Positions 51,501 to 59,997 are shown, counted from the first letter of the stretch. The stretch: 64,000 nt of DNA from Sphingobacteriaceae bacterium (GCA_019751895.1 JAIEMU010000140.1:1819-65818), one strand, 5' to 3'. The notes: a model not told the origin generated them from the letters alone. Numbers and translations are program-made.

Positions 51501-54203
51501 GTTTTTACAGTAACCGTAAAGCCAAAACCTGTAGTTCCAAATGCGGGTCCTGACCAAAACATATGTAGCGCCACTATGATTACTTTAAATGGTAATTCAG
51601 CAGGTTTAGATCTTGGTACTTGGACTTTAATTGAAGGTACGCCGGTAACATTTAGCAATCCAAATGCGCATAATTCGGTGGTAAGTGGTTTGAAAAGTGG
51701 TCAGAAATATAAATTTAGATGGACCATAACAGGGGATCCATGCTTAGCTGCTTTTGATGAGATAGAAATCACTGTAGATGAAATTACTGAAAACATAATC
51801 AATGCGGCTAATTCAGCACTTTGTGCAGGTTCTGGATCATTAACAATTAAAGGTAGTTTGCCAAACATATCTGGAGGAGCAAGCCCAATATACTCATGGC
51901 AGTCTAGTGTCACGGGTTTAGCGTGGATTGATATGGTAGGTGAAAATTCTCAAGATTTAGTGGTTTCTCCTGCGCAAACCACTTTCTATCGTCGTATTGT
52001 GAGCAGTTTAACTTGTTCTAATCCAAGTTCGTTAATTAAAATTGAGGTGGTTCCTGTGATCACGAATAATACCATAAGTAATATATCTCCAATTTGTGCA
52101 GATAGTGGAATTATTGGCTCAACACCATTAGGTGGAAAAAACAGCTATAGTTACAGTTGGGAAGCAAGCACGGATGGTGGCGCCAATTGGACACCTATTG
52201 CGGGAGAAAATGGAAGGGATTACAAGCCTTTAAGTTCAGGATTTTTCCGTAGAGTGGTAACCAGTGGAGTTTGTGTTGATGCAACACCTGGCGTAGCAAT
52301 ACAGGTTAAAAGGCTGACGGCAGAATTTACCTTTACCAAGGATGCATCGTGCCCTAATTTTGTAATTGATGCAGCTAACGTAGTAGCAATTCATTCGCCA
52401 GATAATGAAATTTATGAATGGTATGCAGATGGTGTGCTTATTGGTAATGGACAAATTTTCCCGGGCTATACCATTGTTGAACAAAAGAAAAATGTAGAAA
52501 TATTGTTAAGAGTAAGCAATAGTTTAGGGTGTGTTTATCAAGAGTTTAAACATACGTTTAGCACCAAAAGTGCTATTCCTATACCTGTTTTCACGCAAGA
52601 TGAAACCATTTCGTGTGGGCCTGCAACTATTAACTTCACAAACTTAACTCCGAATATCAATTCGCCATCTTTTAGGTGGACAATTACAGACGGCGCAAAT
52701 TCGCAAAGCAAAAACACTAAAGATTTAGTACATACCTTCCAACCAGATTTGTTAGGGGGTGTGAAAATTTATACTGTGAAATTAGAAGTTACTACGGGTT
52801 GTGGAACGGAACAAACAACCTCAACAGTAGAAATTCGTTCGCAGCCATTAACGCCTAGTTTTTTTGATAATGTGATTAATGGTTGTAACCCTGAGGTTGC
52901 TTTTACCAATACATCTGTGGGGTCAGCAAGTCAGTATAGTTTTGATTTTGGGGATGGTAATACCTATATTTCAACCAACAAGAACGAAATAATTACGCAC
53001 ACTTATACTGTAAATGAAGAAAAAGAGTTTACAATTCAAATGATCGCTGAAAATGGCTGTGGTGTGTCGAACGTTGTTTCTAGAAAAATACGGTTAAGAC
53101 CAAGTTTAATTACAATGGGACTAGAGCCTGCTTCAGGTTCAAGTCTGATAGGGAATGCACCGCTTGATATTAAATTTAAAAATAAAACCATAGGTGCGGT
53201 TGATTATATTTACGAATGGGGAGATAACACCTCTAATGCGTATACAAAATCTGCAGATGACATTAGACATGTTTTTACCAAACCAGGTACATACACGGTT
53301 AAATTACTGGCTTCAAACGAGTGTAATCAACAAGCAATTTCGTTGACTGTTACTGTAGTAGCTATTCCTATCCCAGCTTTTGTAGTTGATAAGCAAAGAG
53401 CGTGTGGGGGTTCAGAATTTTCGTTTAAAAATGCAAGTCAAAATGCAACTAGGTATGAATGGGATTTTGGTGACGGAGGATCCTCTACCGAAATAGATCC
53501 TAAACATACGTTTTCAACTGCAAAAGAATTCTATGATGTGACGCTAACCGCCTACAATGCTTTAGGTCTTAAAGTGTCCACTACAAAGAGTAAGGTGATT
53601 CAAATTCAAGAAACACCTGCTGGTAATTTTACAGTTTCGGGTGTAAATATTACTTCGGACAATACCATTGAAATTCCTAACAAAACATTTAAATTTACCA
53701 ACAATACAGTTGGGGGGACACAATTTGTTTGGAGGTTTGGTAATGGCTCTGTTTCAAGTCAAAAAAATATTGAGCATACATACGATAATATTGGTTCATA
53801 CGTGGTTTCTTTAGAGGTTAGAAATGAATTTAATTGTACCTTGTCAACCTCTCAGACAGTAACTATCAAAGACGTCGTGTGTGAGTTTTATCTTCCAAAT
53901 GCATTTTTACCAGAAAGCGATGATGTTTTGGTAAATAGATTTAAAGGTATTGGCGTGGGTATTCAGTCTTATCTTTTAGTTGTTACCAATAAATTTGGTC
54001 AAGAACTGTGGTCAACCAGCAGTTTAACCGAAGATGGCAAACCTTTAGAAGGTTGGGACGGAACTTACAAAGGACAAGCAGTGCCTGATGGAACTTATTT
54101 CTGGAAAGCTGTTGTTGAATTGAAAAATGGGGAAACTTGGAAAGGAATGACTTATGATTCTTCTCCGCCTAAAACCAGTGGTGTATTTTATTTATTACGA
54201 TGA
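39537..54203 (+). CDS. Giant repetitive surface protein (Ig-like/PKD domains) with a type B T9SS C-terminal domain
   Basis: Signal peptide; ANAG.D..C repeats; PKD WDFGDG motifs; C-terminal YLPNAF.P...N.F...N.FG...GWDG.Y.G...PDGTY.W; followed by PorP/SprF. Confidence 0.92.
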   Translation: MKSLKSILFVLLCLAGTSAFAQTITPGNVGAGPYTPGSDLTVPITFSGPAMAITETIVVYLSDKNGSFAVPGRIGEFPTFYSTFVNTQLIGDTSDGTGYKVKVIRSSQANVPGLLTAALAAATASNSFTIKTGTAINVSTTITDSKFVTSNSDVYRTKYDENATFSIKLNAPNGSTTTATLKNEITGASTTHTFASTNSTLNFESDGAHSTLKLTTTLGGNVATKSYLLINNPQINSLSVASGAKPCLPITQAEMIINTDPGVGGIGKNYPGTYYNVDWSDSKEAKNYTFQQLKADGGRIKSNYEKSSCLFDPANGYPVKSIPTNHLFTEDGQSLSTFVKVSAKSTTKIQTDTKVCVNQPATFENKTVLEGDAEKPGCLKDYTFSWYDGATKIGETKNNDPFTYTFTTKGEKTITVKGTASSTCDPDDFVFKICAEQAPLAKFTTSKASPICTNEVLTITDSSTTDNTCSEKQKREWSVTPNAGWQFTGGTDAASTDPKFNFTEANIYTITLKIPGNFCADAITSTIVTVNTPPKISMSANANVCTLDPLTFGPNSGITTTAFSGTAIEVADTYTWAVTGGTFSFTSGNANSKFPTIKFNEYKSYTVSVTHKNNCATLVQTQTLTFLNAPKISAGNDIVVCSDVSPILTGVQTGTSVSVQWLGGAGNFNPSRNQLITTYTPTAAEKAAGTVTLTLRANTGLATPCNIIEDEIKITIREENLITSSATKTICSGESIAYTPTAPVAGSTFAWTASVTSGAASGFTSSGTGAINDVLTNVGATPAVVTYVIKATANGCEGAPFSFKATVNPIPVLSTTSYSDTICNNASPNIQMASTVANTTYTWTSVASAGITGNTNNNNTTGKISDLLVNSGTVAGTVTYTITPSVNGCVGLPKILIITVNPTAVVANAGPNQRVCSTSMATLAGNSALNNVGTWTLTSGQADVVISNPNSEKTTVTGLVNGETYIFKWTIDAAPCAASSSSVTIEVYEIENNKISTTAKPTICSGESVTITGTAPTGGTFTYVWRQSTNDGLTWTSIAGQTGKDLTIVPTTTTLYRRNVNNGSCQNSSEAIKITVQGAISNTISLSGSPCEPGLITGNTPSGGTGSFTYAWQKSEDNGATWSIIPGATGQDFTPNAISVITKYQRLVLSGTCATNTSVAVTQNPVVTLPNAGTDENICLDGTPFFLKGNQPAYGTGKWTKTAGGGTITFVNDTQYNTRVNGMIAGQTYKFVWTIGDGASCTKSDEVEITTSAPSTVTSITSVNTTTVCKTNNSGRITLGGVLGTVSRWESSTDGTTWTSIANTTPTLDYSALTVTTKYRGVVKSGVCDEVKSAILEITVKDPPPVANAGLDQVLCNSTRATLNAVSAGSYQGKWTEKTGNAVTISNPNQNITTVTGLKPGIKYIFEWEIKGAPCDPTADSVTIIVERVESNTISVASNEVCEGNGPITISGSIAKLASGVTNISYLWESSSNGTTWTAIAPASANPNITITPTLGDMYYRRSASEQGGDSCLDISESLKITTFSAISNTIIDPVASCEIKEIVGNAPSGGGSVGAFTFRWEQSVNSGPWTNIDGATQQNYTPATNIENTKYRRIVKKGTCIESISNEAIEEAKITIANAGQDKTIVLDSNPFRLEGNTPVFGTGKWTLQSGQAGITFTADTQSNTIVSGMIPGKSYIFRWTISNGSCSNYDDVNIVTDGLTEGGVTYTNDQTNVCEGSNNGTVKLKDYIGSVLRWESSTDNVNWTAISNTNTELVFTNITATTRFRAVVRNGSGVQANSTYTEIVVKPKPPIANAGVDQFLCSTNKATLNANSAGSGEGEWTIVSSETTDSGIVITNKVLHTTTITGLVGGNTYTLLWTIKGDPCQATADSVTIKLDEITNNILSTANTTVCVGSAPFVIEGSTPLGITPAQTTYSWQSSTDNTTWTAVAGSDINLTVNPTITTYYRRTVSNGNCQNISGSFKITVLPVITNTISAGTSMCSVSTIQGALPTGGNNVYDYTWEQSTDNSTWTTIAGATNVDYLPLAKPVLTYYRRKVKSGSCAESTSNTISQSATLTTANAGSDETICLTDGTTFRLKGNKPEVGSGSWTLKSGPSAVTFGSSTQTNTTIVGLQAGTYEFTWEITNGGCVSKDDVKLVVEPISVGGTTTAVAPTTLCEGTNSGIINLSGHSGTIIRWESSTNNGGSWSPIANTTTSYSYSNLTATTQFRAVVKNGLCSETFSSSSTIVVKATLPIANAGLDQNLCSATTATLNGNAAGSGVGTWTLSSGPSSGVTITNSNLNTSTVTGLKGGNTYVFVWTISGSPCFGTADSVTIKIDEIRNNTISTLKTTLCSSAGAVTLSGSTPVGVSSPIYTWEQSLDDTDWTPVAGSGINLTVNPTVTTYYRRIVSNGPCQNVSGSLKITVLMPIINTITLATPGCTVSTISGNPPSGGAGDYGFIWEQSIDNLTWTTIAGATGSDYLPSAKTVMTYYRRQVTSGECENSISNTVAQSATVTEAFAGANETICLADAATFRLKGNSPVVGTGLWSVKSGPSSVTFGNDTQSNTTIGGLIAGTYTFTWRITSGTCVSQKDMELVVDAISVGGTTATAGQTIVCEGTNSGTINLTGHTGTITRWESSTNNGGSWSPLANTTTSYSYSNLTTTTHFRAVLKSGICSESFSASTTIVVKATPAVANAGADQNICSTTTATLNGNAAGSGIGTWTILSQTTGGFTITNPNLQSTTVTGLKGGNTYVFLWTITGSPCVATADSVTIIVGEISNNSISTAKATLCSNPGAIILSGSTPVGVTSPIYTWEQSIDNSNWTPLAGSAISLTVNPTAETYYRRIVSNGVCQNVSGSLKITVLAPIVNTITLATPGCVVSNISGNEPSGGAGGYGFIWEQSTDNLTWTTIAGATGRDYLPSAKTVMTYYRRQVTSGDCENSISNTVAQSASVTKALAGADEIICLADATTFRLKGNSPAVGAGLWTLTSGQTGIGFGSSSQSNTTITGLTVGTYTFKWTITSNGCFDEDEVNIKVDANSVGGITATAGQTTVCEGVNTGTIDLTGSTGSITRWESSTNNGVSWSPIANTVPNYTYNNLTTTTHFRAVLKSGACSETFSTSTTIIVKATPAIANAGLDQYLCGTTIATLNANEAGSGIGTWIIKSQTAGGATITNPNLNTSTITGLIGGNTYVLEWTVAGLPCASTADTMTIKIDEISNNILTTPKSSVCIGTGAVTIVGSVALGVSSPTYIWQSSPDKTVWTNISGATTISYALTPTVTAFYRRIVSNGTCQNTSGPIEIKVLDAIVNTISVPPVAVCAPSTVSGNNPTGGTGIYQYAWEQSIDNGANWTVIVGETNRDYVPTAITKDTKFRRLVTSGECGVSMSNEVSQNAVPTVANAGASETICVGTAFKLKGNKPLAGTGKWTKTAGPAGSAFVDDTKFDTEVTGLVGAGTYTFKWTISSGSCSTNQEVVITTSAASVGGTTTSTDPQTVCSGANAGTISLTGQTGNVVRWESSTDGGSNWIEIANSNLNYSYKDLITTTRFRAVVKNGVCLATNSSVITINVKPVPVVANAGIDQNLCSTTTATLNANSAGSDVGTWTLLSGPSVGVNITNINSSTTTVTGLVSAQNYVFKWTITGAPCVTTEDTVTIRIEEITNNLLSTDNPTICAGTGAITIKGTTPVGVASPIYIWQTSTDAITWSNIPGETGANYTLTPSVGETYFRRIVSNGSCQNISSPFIIKVWGPVVNTISAPTASCVPNIITGNSASGGSGSYVYSWESSTDGGTTWSTIVGASGKDYLPPTIAVTTQYRRIVVSGECARTVSFPVSQNPTVTTPNAGEDEIICIDGTAFKLKANQPVTGVGKWTQISGVAGAVFTDASKHDTQVSGLVGGQDYVFRWTISKADLSCPLADDVKIKTYSVSKGGTTESLEPNSVCQGVNAGKVNLTNYEGDILRWETSTDGVNWTAVIPNNTNPIQSYLNLNTTTRYRAVVKNGACNEALSSVFTVTVKPKPVVPNAGPDQNICSATMITLNGNSAGLDLGTWTLIEGTPVTFSNPNAHNSVVSGLKSGQKYKFRWTITGDPCLAAFDEIEITVDEITENIINAANSALCAGSGSLTIKGSLPNISGGASPIYSWQSSVTGLAWIDMVGENSQDLVVSPAQTTFYRRIVSSLTCSNPSSLIKIEVVPVITNNTISNISPICADSGIIGSTPLGGKNSYSYSWEASTDGGANWTPIAGENGRDYKPLSSGFFRRVVTSGVCVDATPGVAIQVKRLTAEFTFTKDASCPNFVIDAANVVAIHSPDNEIYEWYADGVLIGNGQIFPGYTIVEQKKNVEILLRVSNSLGCVYQEFKHTFSTKSAIPIPVFTQDETISCGPATINFTNLTPNINSPSFRWTITDGANSQSKNTKDLVHTFQPDLLGGVKIYTVKLEVTTGCGTEQTTSTVEIRSQPLTPSFFDNVINGCNPEVAFTNTSVGSASQYSFDFGDGNTYISTNKNEIITHTYTVNEEKEFTIQMIAENGCGVSNVVSRKIRLRPSLITMGLEPASGSSLIGNAPLDIKFKNKTIGAVDYIYEWGDNTSNAYTKSADDIRHVFTKPGTYTVKLLASNECNQQAISLTVTVVAIPIPAFVVDKQRACGGSEFSFKNASQNATRYEWDFGDGGSSTEIDPKHTFSTAKEFYDVTLTAYNALGLKVSTTKSKVIQIQETPAGNFTVSGVNITSDNTIEIPNKTFKFTNNTVGGTQFVWRFGNGSVSSQKNIEHTYDNIGSYVVSLEVRNEFNCTLSTSQTVTIKDVVCEFYLPNAFLPESDDVLVNRFKGIGVGIQSYLLVVTNKFGQELWSTSSLTEDGKPLEGWDGTYKGQAVPDGTYFWKAVVELKNGETWKGMTYDSSPPKTSGVFYLLR
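42250..52300 (+). repeat. Intragenic tandem super-repeats, about 1320 bp (about 440 aa) x about 7.5
   Basis: NAG.(D/N)Q..C module starts near 42258, 43577, 44916, 46246, 47562, 48880, 50202 and 51537; near-identical DNA at 46924 and 48241. Confidence 0.85.
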
Positions 54204-55219
54204 TAAAAAAACAGATATTACTTTTATTTTTTTTAAACACAATGGGTTTTAGTGCTTTCGCACAAGACCCATTGTTTTCACAGTTTTTTAATGCTCCATC
54301 GTACCTAAATCCTTCTTTGGTAGGGCAGTTTGATGGAGATTATAGAGTTAGTGTAATTTATAAAAACCAGCTTTCTGTAGCAAATGGAGAATTGACTTAT
54401 CTCAATGCTTTAGCTGATTTTTATATTCCAAATTTTGGGTCTTTAGGTATTTCTTTCAATCGCAGTAGCGAGGGAATAGCACTTTTAAATCGGAATAACT
54501 TTGCTTTAACGTATGCCTATGAGCTAAAAAATGACTATTTCACATCTTCTTTTGGTATTGAGGGAGGCATTTCTAATCGTTCTATTATTTTTAGAAAATT
54601 AATTTTTGCCGATCAAATTATTCCAGAAATAGGTGTCGTAGGCGGAAGTGTATCGGGTGTTTCACCTACTGTAGATTCTAGTCCCTTTTTTGATGCTGGG
54701 GCTGGGGCTTCTATTGTTTTTTCTGACTTTTTTTTAGGAGCCGCTTACCATCATTTAAATAGTCCTGTGCAGTCTTTTGTTGGGGGTAAATCTACGCTAT
54801 CACCTCGTCTTACTCTTAATGCAAGTTATCGTTTCGCTTTAAATCAATATTCAAGTTATTATACCGACAATAACATTTATGTAATTCCTTCGGTGGTGTA
54901 TTATTCGCAAAATTACTCTAAGTCACTAAGTACAGGTTTGCAATTGAAATACAAAACTTTTAACGCAGGCGCATGGTACCGCTCCAATACTCAAGGTGGG
55001 GCAGATGCACTTGTATTTTCTTTGGTTTATACGCTTTCATTAAGAAGTGAAGACGGCGAGTCTTTACGCATGGGTTATAGTCATGACACCAACACTTCCA
55101 AAACTGGGAATGATCAAATTAGAGGTAATAATGAGTTTAGTGTGGGCTATCAAAAATATTGGGCAACCAGTAGTCGATTTGGCGTAGGAAATGGTTTGCG
55201 TTGTTTTAACTTTTATTAA
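54200..55219 (+). CDS. porP: PorP/SprF family T9SS beta-barrel
   Basis: AQDPLFSQFFNAP.YLNP...Y.NQ...GYS.D...EFS; start overlaps the adhesin stop (ATGA). Confidence 0.9.
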   Translation: MIKKQILLLFFLNTMGFSAFAQDPLFSQFFNAPSYLNPSLVGQFDGDYRVSVIYKNQLSVANGELTYLNALADFYIPNFGSLGISFNRSSEGIALLNRNNFALTYAYELKNDYFTSSFGIEGGISNRSIIFRKLIFADQIIPEIGVVGGSVSGVSPTVDSSPFFDAGAGASIVFSDFFLGAAYHHLNSPVQSFVGGKSTLSPRLTLNASYRFALNQYSSYYTDNNIYVIPSVVYYSQNYSKSLSTGLQLKYKTFNAGAWYRSNTQGGADALVFSLVYTLSLRSEDGESLRMGYSHDTNTSKTGNDQIRGNNEFSVGYQKYWATSSRFGVGNGLRCFNFY

Positions 55220-57759
55220 TCTGTTGGGTTTACCTGTCTAATTTTTAAGGAGTGTTGCGCTTGTTCAAGGCTTTGTTTGCTAATGATTTCTATTGGATAG
55301 TTTTTGTTGGGCAATAGGTCAAAATAATTATCGCTAAAATGTGCTTTTTCGTCATTTTTTAGCGACAAAAATACATTTTTCACCAATTGTTTGCTTCTTA
55401 AAATTAAGCCTGATTTACCATCTTTTTTTACCCATTTTATGTCTATTTTTGGAGCAGTTAAGGAAAGGTTTTTTACGGCCGTAAAATAGTGTAAGGCTGA
55501 AGCGATGGATTGTTTATTTTGTATCAATTCTAGGGCAACAAATTCTTTGTTTTCATCGCTAATGTGTAACTCTTTTTTGGCTATTTGCAGTGTTTTTACG
55601 CCATTTGCCGGAATTTGTACGGAAATTTTTCTTAACAATTTGTTTTCGCCATCCATCGTCCATCTTTGTAAATTCAAATCGGCAGTAAATTGGCTTTGTT
55701 TGTCCGATACGATGTAAATCATCAAACTATCCTTGGTCGATTTTGCGCTAATAAGAATGGGCTGGTATGCTTTTTTAATGAAATATTGTGCGGCTTTCCA
55801 TTGCCCATTGTGTGAAATTGTTGACCATGAAATGGCAGGCCAACAATCATTTTGTTGCCATACCAAAGTACCCATGTTGTAAGGCATGGCACTTCTATTG
55901 CTTTCTATCGCCATTTTCATTCCTTCGGCTTGTTGCAATTGACTTAAATACACAAATTGTTCAAAGCTTTTAGGTTTTTGATAATACCAATCCATATATT
56001 TTTCTAACAATTGATTGCCTTTGTAGCTTTTTTGGCGCTTCACCAACACCGAATCGCTTATTTTTGGGTCTTTGTTTTTGCTAATTTCTTGGAGTGTTTC
56101 CCACGAAGGGAACGACTGAAAACCAAATTCGCTATTAAATCGAGGCACATGACTTTGATAGGCTTCAAAAGGTTGTTCGCCGTGGTAAATGCCCCAATAA
56201 TGGTTGTCTCCTTTTTTAAAATCTTCGGGTTTCCCCCAATTGCTGATGGGTGATGAATGGAAATAAAAGCGTTGCTTGTCGTGTTTTTTTACAAGTTTTG
56301 GTAGCAAATTTTTAAACAATTTGTCATAGCCATTAATTAAATTTAGACTGTCTTTTTCGCTGTATTGATAGGTTTTTTGCCATCCCCAATTTTTCCAACC
56401 TACGGCTATTTCATTGTTTCCACACCACATCGCCAAACTGGGGTGGTTTTGTATCCGCTGGATATTATCGGTAGCTTCTTGTGCTACATTCTCTAGAAAT
56501 TCCGCATCGCTAGGATACATTGTACAAGCAAACATAAAATCTTGCCAAACCATGATTCCTTTTTCATCGGCAAGGTCGTAAAAAGCGTCACTGCCATACG
56601 TTCCTCCGCCCCAAACGCGTATCATATTGTAATTGCTTTCTTGCATCGCATTAAACAATGGGCGCAATTGCTGGGTTTCTTGGTTGTCAATCAGACTTTG
56701 AGTAGGCACAAAATTACTTCCTTTGATGAAAACGGGTTTGTCGTTTACTTTTACATAAAAACTTTCGCCAATGGGGTCGGGTTTGTTCACCACTTCAATC
56801 TTCCTAACGCCTACCTTTACTTCTTTTTGGTCGCAAATAACGCCATTTTTACGAACCACAAATGCCAAACGATACAAATGCGCTTTGCCTAAGCCATTCG
56901 GCCACCACAATTTTGGATTTTGTATAGAAAAAGGAACATTAATTGCTTCTGTTTGGCTTTTTAATTCAATTTTTTTGTTAGCAAGCACTTGTTTGCTTTT
57001 TTGGTCTATGATTTCCAAATTATAAACCCCATTTTTTGTGCATTGTAAATTGAATAGGGCTTGATAATCTGCTTTTTTAGCGTTTAAATCTATTAAGTTC
57101 AGCTGTATGGGTTCAAGTTTTGCATTCGACCAAGTTTGCAAATACACAGGTTTGATAATCCCGACGGTGAGTAGTTTTGGGGCAAAATCCCAACCAAACT
57201 GATAAGGTGCTTTGCGAATAAAAGGACTGATTTTGGTGCTGCCAATTTCATTGTCGGCGGGGTAGCGAATAGCTGAACCGATGGATTGTATAATTCCTTC
57301 ATCTACAGTGGATTTAAAAATTACTTTAATTTCATTTTTGCCCAATCGCAGTTGTGGTTTTGCATTTATTGTCCATTTTCTAAACATATTGTTGGCTTTC
57401 AATACCGATACATGGTTTATAAACACCTCGGCATAAGTGTCTAAGCCTTCAAACACAAGTTCTATGTTTTCTTTTTCCAATTGCGCCTTACTGATTTCCA
57501 AACTTTTGCGATAAGCCCATTCCTGCTCGGCTACCCAATCTATTTTTTCGCTTTGATTGGCGAGGTAGGGATGCGCAATTTTTTTGTGTATCAATAAATC
57601 ATTTTGCACACAGCCAGGCACTTGTGCTTTATATACATTGGCGGTTTTTAATTGTTGAACCGACCAGCCACTGTGCAGTGAAAGGCTGGTTTTTTGTGCA
57701 AATAAGGGGCTAAAAATGCTTGTAATTAGTGTGCATAGTAATAAACGATTCACGAACAT
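55216..57759 (-). CDS. GH2 beta-mannosidase-like glycosidase
   Basis: FEGLDT, RKAPYQFGWDF, NMIRVWGGG, WCGNNE and SEFGFQS motifs. Confidence 0.92.
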   Translation of the reverse strand: MFVNRLLLCTLITSIFSPLFAQKTSLSLHSGWSVQQLKTANVYKAQVPGCVQNDLLIHKKIAHPYLANQSEKIDWVAEQEWAYRKSLEISKAQLEKENIELVFEGLDTYAEVFINHVSVLKANNMFRKWTINAKPQLRLGKNEIKVIFKSTVDEGIIQSIGSAIRYPADNEIGSTKISPFIRKAPYQFGWDFAPKLLTVGIIKPVYLQTWSNAKLEPIQLNLIDLNAKKADYQALFNLQCTKNGVYNLEIIDQKSKQVLANKKIELKSQTEAINVPFSIQNPKLWWPNGLGKAHLYRLAFVVRKNGVICDQKEVKVGVRKIEVVNKPDPIGESFYVKVNDKPVFIKGSNFVPTQSLIDNQETQQLRPLFNAMQESNYNMIRVWGGGTYGSDAFYDLADEKGIMVWQDFMFACTMYPSDAEFLENVAQEATDNIQRIQNHPSLAMWCGNNEIAVGWKNWGWQKTYQYSEKDSLNLINGYDKLFKNLLPKLVKKHDKQRFYFHSSPISNWGKPEDFKKGDNHYWGIYHGEQPFEAYQSHVPRFNSEFGFQSFPSWETLQEISKNKDPKISDSVLVKRQKSYKGNQLLEKYMDWYYQKPKSFEQFVYLSQLQQAEGMKMAIESNRSAMPYNMGTLVWQQNDCWPAISWSTISHNGQWKAAQYFIKKAYQPILISAKSTKDSLMIYIVSDKQSQFTADLNLQRWTMDGENKLLRKISVQIPANGVKTLQIAKKELHISDENKEFVALELIQNKQSIASALHYFTAVKNLSLTAPKIDIKWVKKDGKSGLILRSKQLVKNVFLSLKNDEKAHFSDNYFDLLPNKNYPIEIISKQSLEQAQHSLKIRQVNPTD

Positions 57760-57832
57760 TGAATTTCAATTTAGGGTAAAAAATTAGCAACACAAAGTAA
57801 ACAATTATTGTTAAAATACATAGCTTTGTTTT

Positions 57833-59263
57833 ATGAATCAAAAAGAGCAGATTTCCATTTTCGATATTTTTAAAATAGGCATAGGACCTTCAAGTTCACA
57901 TACTTTAGGGCCTTGGCGGGCGGCACAGCAATTTACTGCTTCCTTGCAAAAAAACAATTTGTTGAACGAGGTGCAACAAGTTAAAGTTTTGCTGTATGGT
58001 TCGTTGGCAAAAACGGGTGTTGGACACGGAACTGATGTAGCCATTTTGTTGGGTTTGGTGGGCGCCGACCCTGTTACTTTTGATGTAAATGCCATCGGCA
58101 GTACCATTGAGCAGATTAAAAAATCCGCAAAGTTGGTACTCAACAACGAAAAAGAAATCGATTTTGTGTATCTAAATGATTTATTGTTTTTATATGCCGA
58201 AAGTTTGCCTTTTCACCCCAACGCAGTTACTTTTCAAGCTTTTTTAAGTAATGGAAAAGCTTTTTCTGAAACCTATTATTCGATAGGTGGAGGCTTTGTG
58301 GTAAAAGAAGGGGATTCGGATGCGGATAAAACTAGTGTTGACCTTCCTTTTCCTGTCGAAAAAGCCAGTGAATTGTTGCATTGGTGTCTTTCTACGGGTT
58401 TAAAAGTAAGCGAAGTGGTGATGGAAAATGAGCATGCTTGGCGAAGTGAAGCCGAAACCAAAGCAAAAGTGATGCAACATTTTGCGGTGATTCGTGATTG
58501 TATTTATCGTGGTTGTCACACGGGTGGGATTTTGCCTGGAGGTTTAGAAGTGGCTCGAAGAGCAGAGAAATTAAACCAACGATTAACCGCCGGTGCGAAG
58601 TATCAAAATTACGACGAGTGGCTTGAAGTAATTAGAAAAGGTGGCAATGGTTTTAATTATACTTTAGATTGGGTAAGTTGTTTCGCACTTGCCGTAAACG
58701 AAGAAAATGCAGCTTTTGGACGGGTTGTTACCGCTCCTACCAATGGGGCGGCAGGGGTTATTCCTGCGGTTTTACAATATTTTATCGCTTTTTGCGACGG
58801 CTATTCTGACGAGAAAATTATTCAATTTATTGCTTGTGCGTCTGAAATTGGTAGTATTTTCAAAAAAGGAGCAACCATTTCTGCGGCAATGGGCGGCTGT
58901 CAAGCTGAAATTGGCGTTTCCTCGGCAATGGCAGCGGCCGCACTTACAGAGTGTTTAGGAGGTTCTCAGCGACAGGTTTTAATGGCGGCCGAAATCGCGA
59001 TGGAACACCACTTGGGTTTAACTTGCGATCCTATTGGTGGCTTGGTTCAAGTGCCTTGCATAGAGCGAAATACAATGGGTGCCATTAAGGCCATTACCGC
59101 CAGTCAGCTCGCTTTGCAAAGCAATCCCGACAAGGCAAAAGTTAGCTTAGATGCCGTAGTCAACACCATGTGGGAAACGGCTTTGGATATGAATTCGAAA
59201 TACAAAGAAACCTCCGATGGAGGATTGGCAACCAACATCCCAATTAGTTTGCCAGAATGCTAA
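57833..59263 (+). CDS. sdaA: L-serine ammonia-lyase (Fe-S, single chain)
   Basis: [26 protein letters not shown] and [16 protein letters not shown] motifs. Confidence 0.96.
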   Translation: MNQKEQISIFDIFKIGIGPSSSHTLGPWRAAQQFTASLQKNNLLNEVQQVKVLLYGSLAKTGVGHGTDVAILLGLVGADPVTFDVNAIGSTIEQIKKSAKLVLNNEKEIDFVYLNDLLFLYAESLPFHPNAVTFQAFLSNGKAFSETYYSIGGGFVVKEGDSDADKTSVDLPFPVEKASELLHWCLSTGLKVSEVVMENEHAWRSEAETKAKVMQHFAVIRDCIYRGCHTGGILPGGLEVARRAEKLNQRLTAGAKYQNYDEWLEVIRKGGNGFNYTLDWVSCFALAVNEENAAFGRVVTAPTNGAAGVIPAVLQYFIAFCDGYSDEKIIQFIACASEIGSIFKKGATISAAMGGCQAEIGVSSAMAAAALTECLGGSQRQVLMAAEIAMEHHLGLTCDPIGGLVQVPCIERNTMGAIKAITASQLALQSNPDKAKVSLDAVVNTMWETALDMNSKYKETSDGGLATNIPISLPEC

Positions 59264-59267
59264 ACTT

Positions 59268-59993
59268 TTAAGATTGGGGTGTCGATGTTTCGGTGCTCCA
59301 ATTCATTTCAAATAGCGTTGCCAAGTGTTTTTTGATTCGGGTTTTCACCTCATCCATCGCTACTTCGTGACCCAGCTCTTGCGCTAAACTTGTAACAGCT
59401 TTATCCACAATACCACAAGGTACGATGTGATTGAAATATGAAAGATCGTTGTTTACATTCAGTGCAAAGCCATGCATGGTTACCCACCTGCTGCAACGTA
59501 CACCCATGGCGCATATTTTTCGAGCTTTTGCATTGTCGGCATCTAGCCAAACACCGGTATAGCCTTGGTATCTGCCCGCTTTTAAGCCGTAATCGGCTAA
59601 GGTTAAAATAATTGCTTCCTCCAACTGTCGGAGATACAAATGAATGTCTGTGAAAAAATTGTCTAAATCTAAAATTGGATAACCTACAATTTGCCCTGGG
59701 CCATGGTGCGTAATGTCGCCGCCTCGGTTGGTTTGATGAAAGCTAACACCTTGCGCCGATAATTCGGCTTGATTGAGTAATAAATGTGCAGCTAATCCAC
59801 TTTTTCCTAAAGTATAAACGGGTGGATGTTCGCAAAATATAAGGTAATTGGGGGTTTCAAGTTCGCTGTTGTCGTTTCTATTTTTTATCTTCATCGCAAC
59901 CGTTGCATCAAACAACTCGGCTTGTTTTTGACAAGCATGTTCATAGGCGGTTAATCCCCAATCTTGGCAAATTACGTTTTTGTTTTGTATCAT
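59268..59993 (-). CDS. lipB: Lipoyl(octanoyl) transferase
   Basis: EHPPVYTLG, RGGDITHHGPGQ, HGFALN and IVPCGI motifs; probable start MIQNK at 59993. Confidence 0.95.
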   Translation of the reverse strand: MIQNKNVICQDWGLTAYEHACQKQAELFDATVAMKIKNRNDNSELETPNYLIFCEHPPVYTLGKSGLAAHLLLNQAELSAQGVSFHQTNRGGDITHHGPGQIVGYPILDLDNFFTDIHLYLRQLEEAIILTLADYGLKAGRYQGYTGVWLDADNAKARKICAMGVRCSRWVTMHGFALNVNNDLSYFNHIVPCGIVDKAVTSLAQELGHEVAMDEVKTRIKKHLATLFEMNWSTETSTPQS

Positions 59994-59997
59994 TTTT

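Noticed and set aside
42250-52300. Diversity-generating retroelement or invertible shufflon in the adhesin
   Set aside because: No reverse transcriptase or recombinase; differences between repeats are not adenine-specific and all units are direct and in frame.
40679-52484. Many antisense ORFs inside the giant adhesin (and inside metK, typA, uvrB, GH2)
   Set aside because: Shadow frames caused by the codon bias of the real genes; no independent coding signal.
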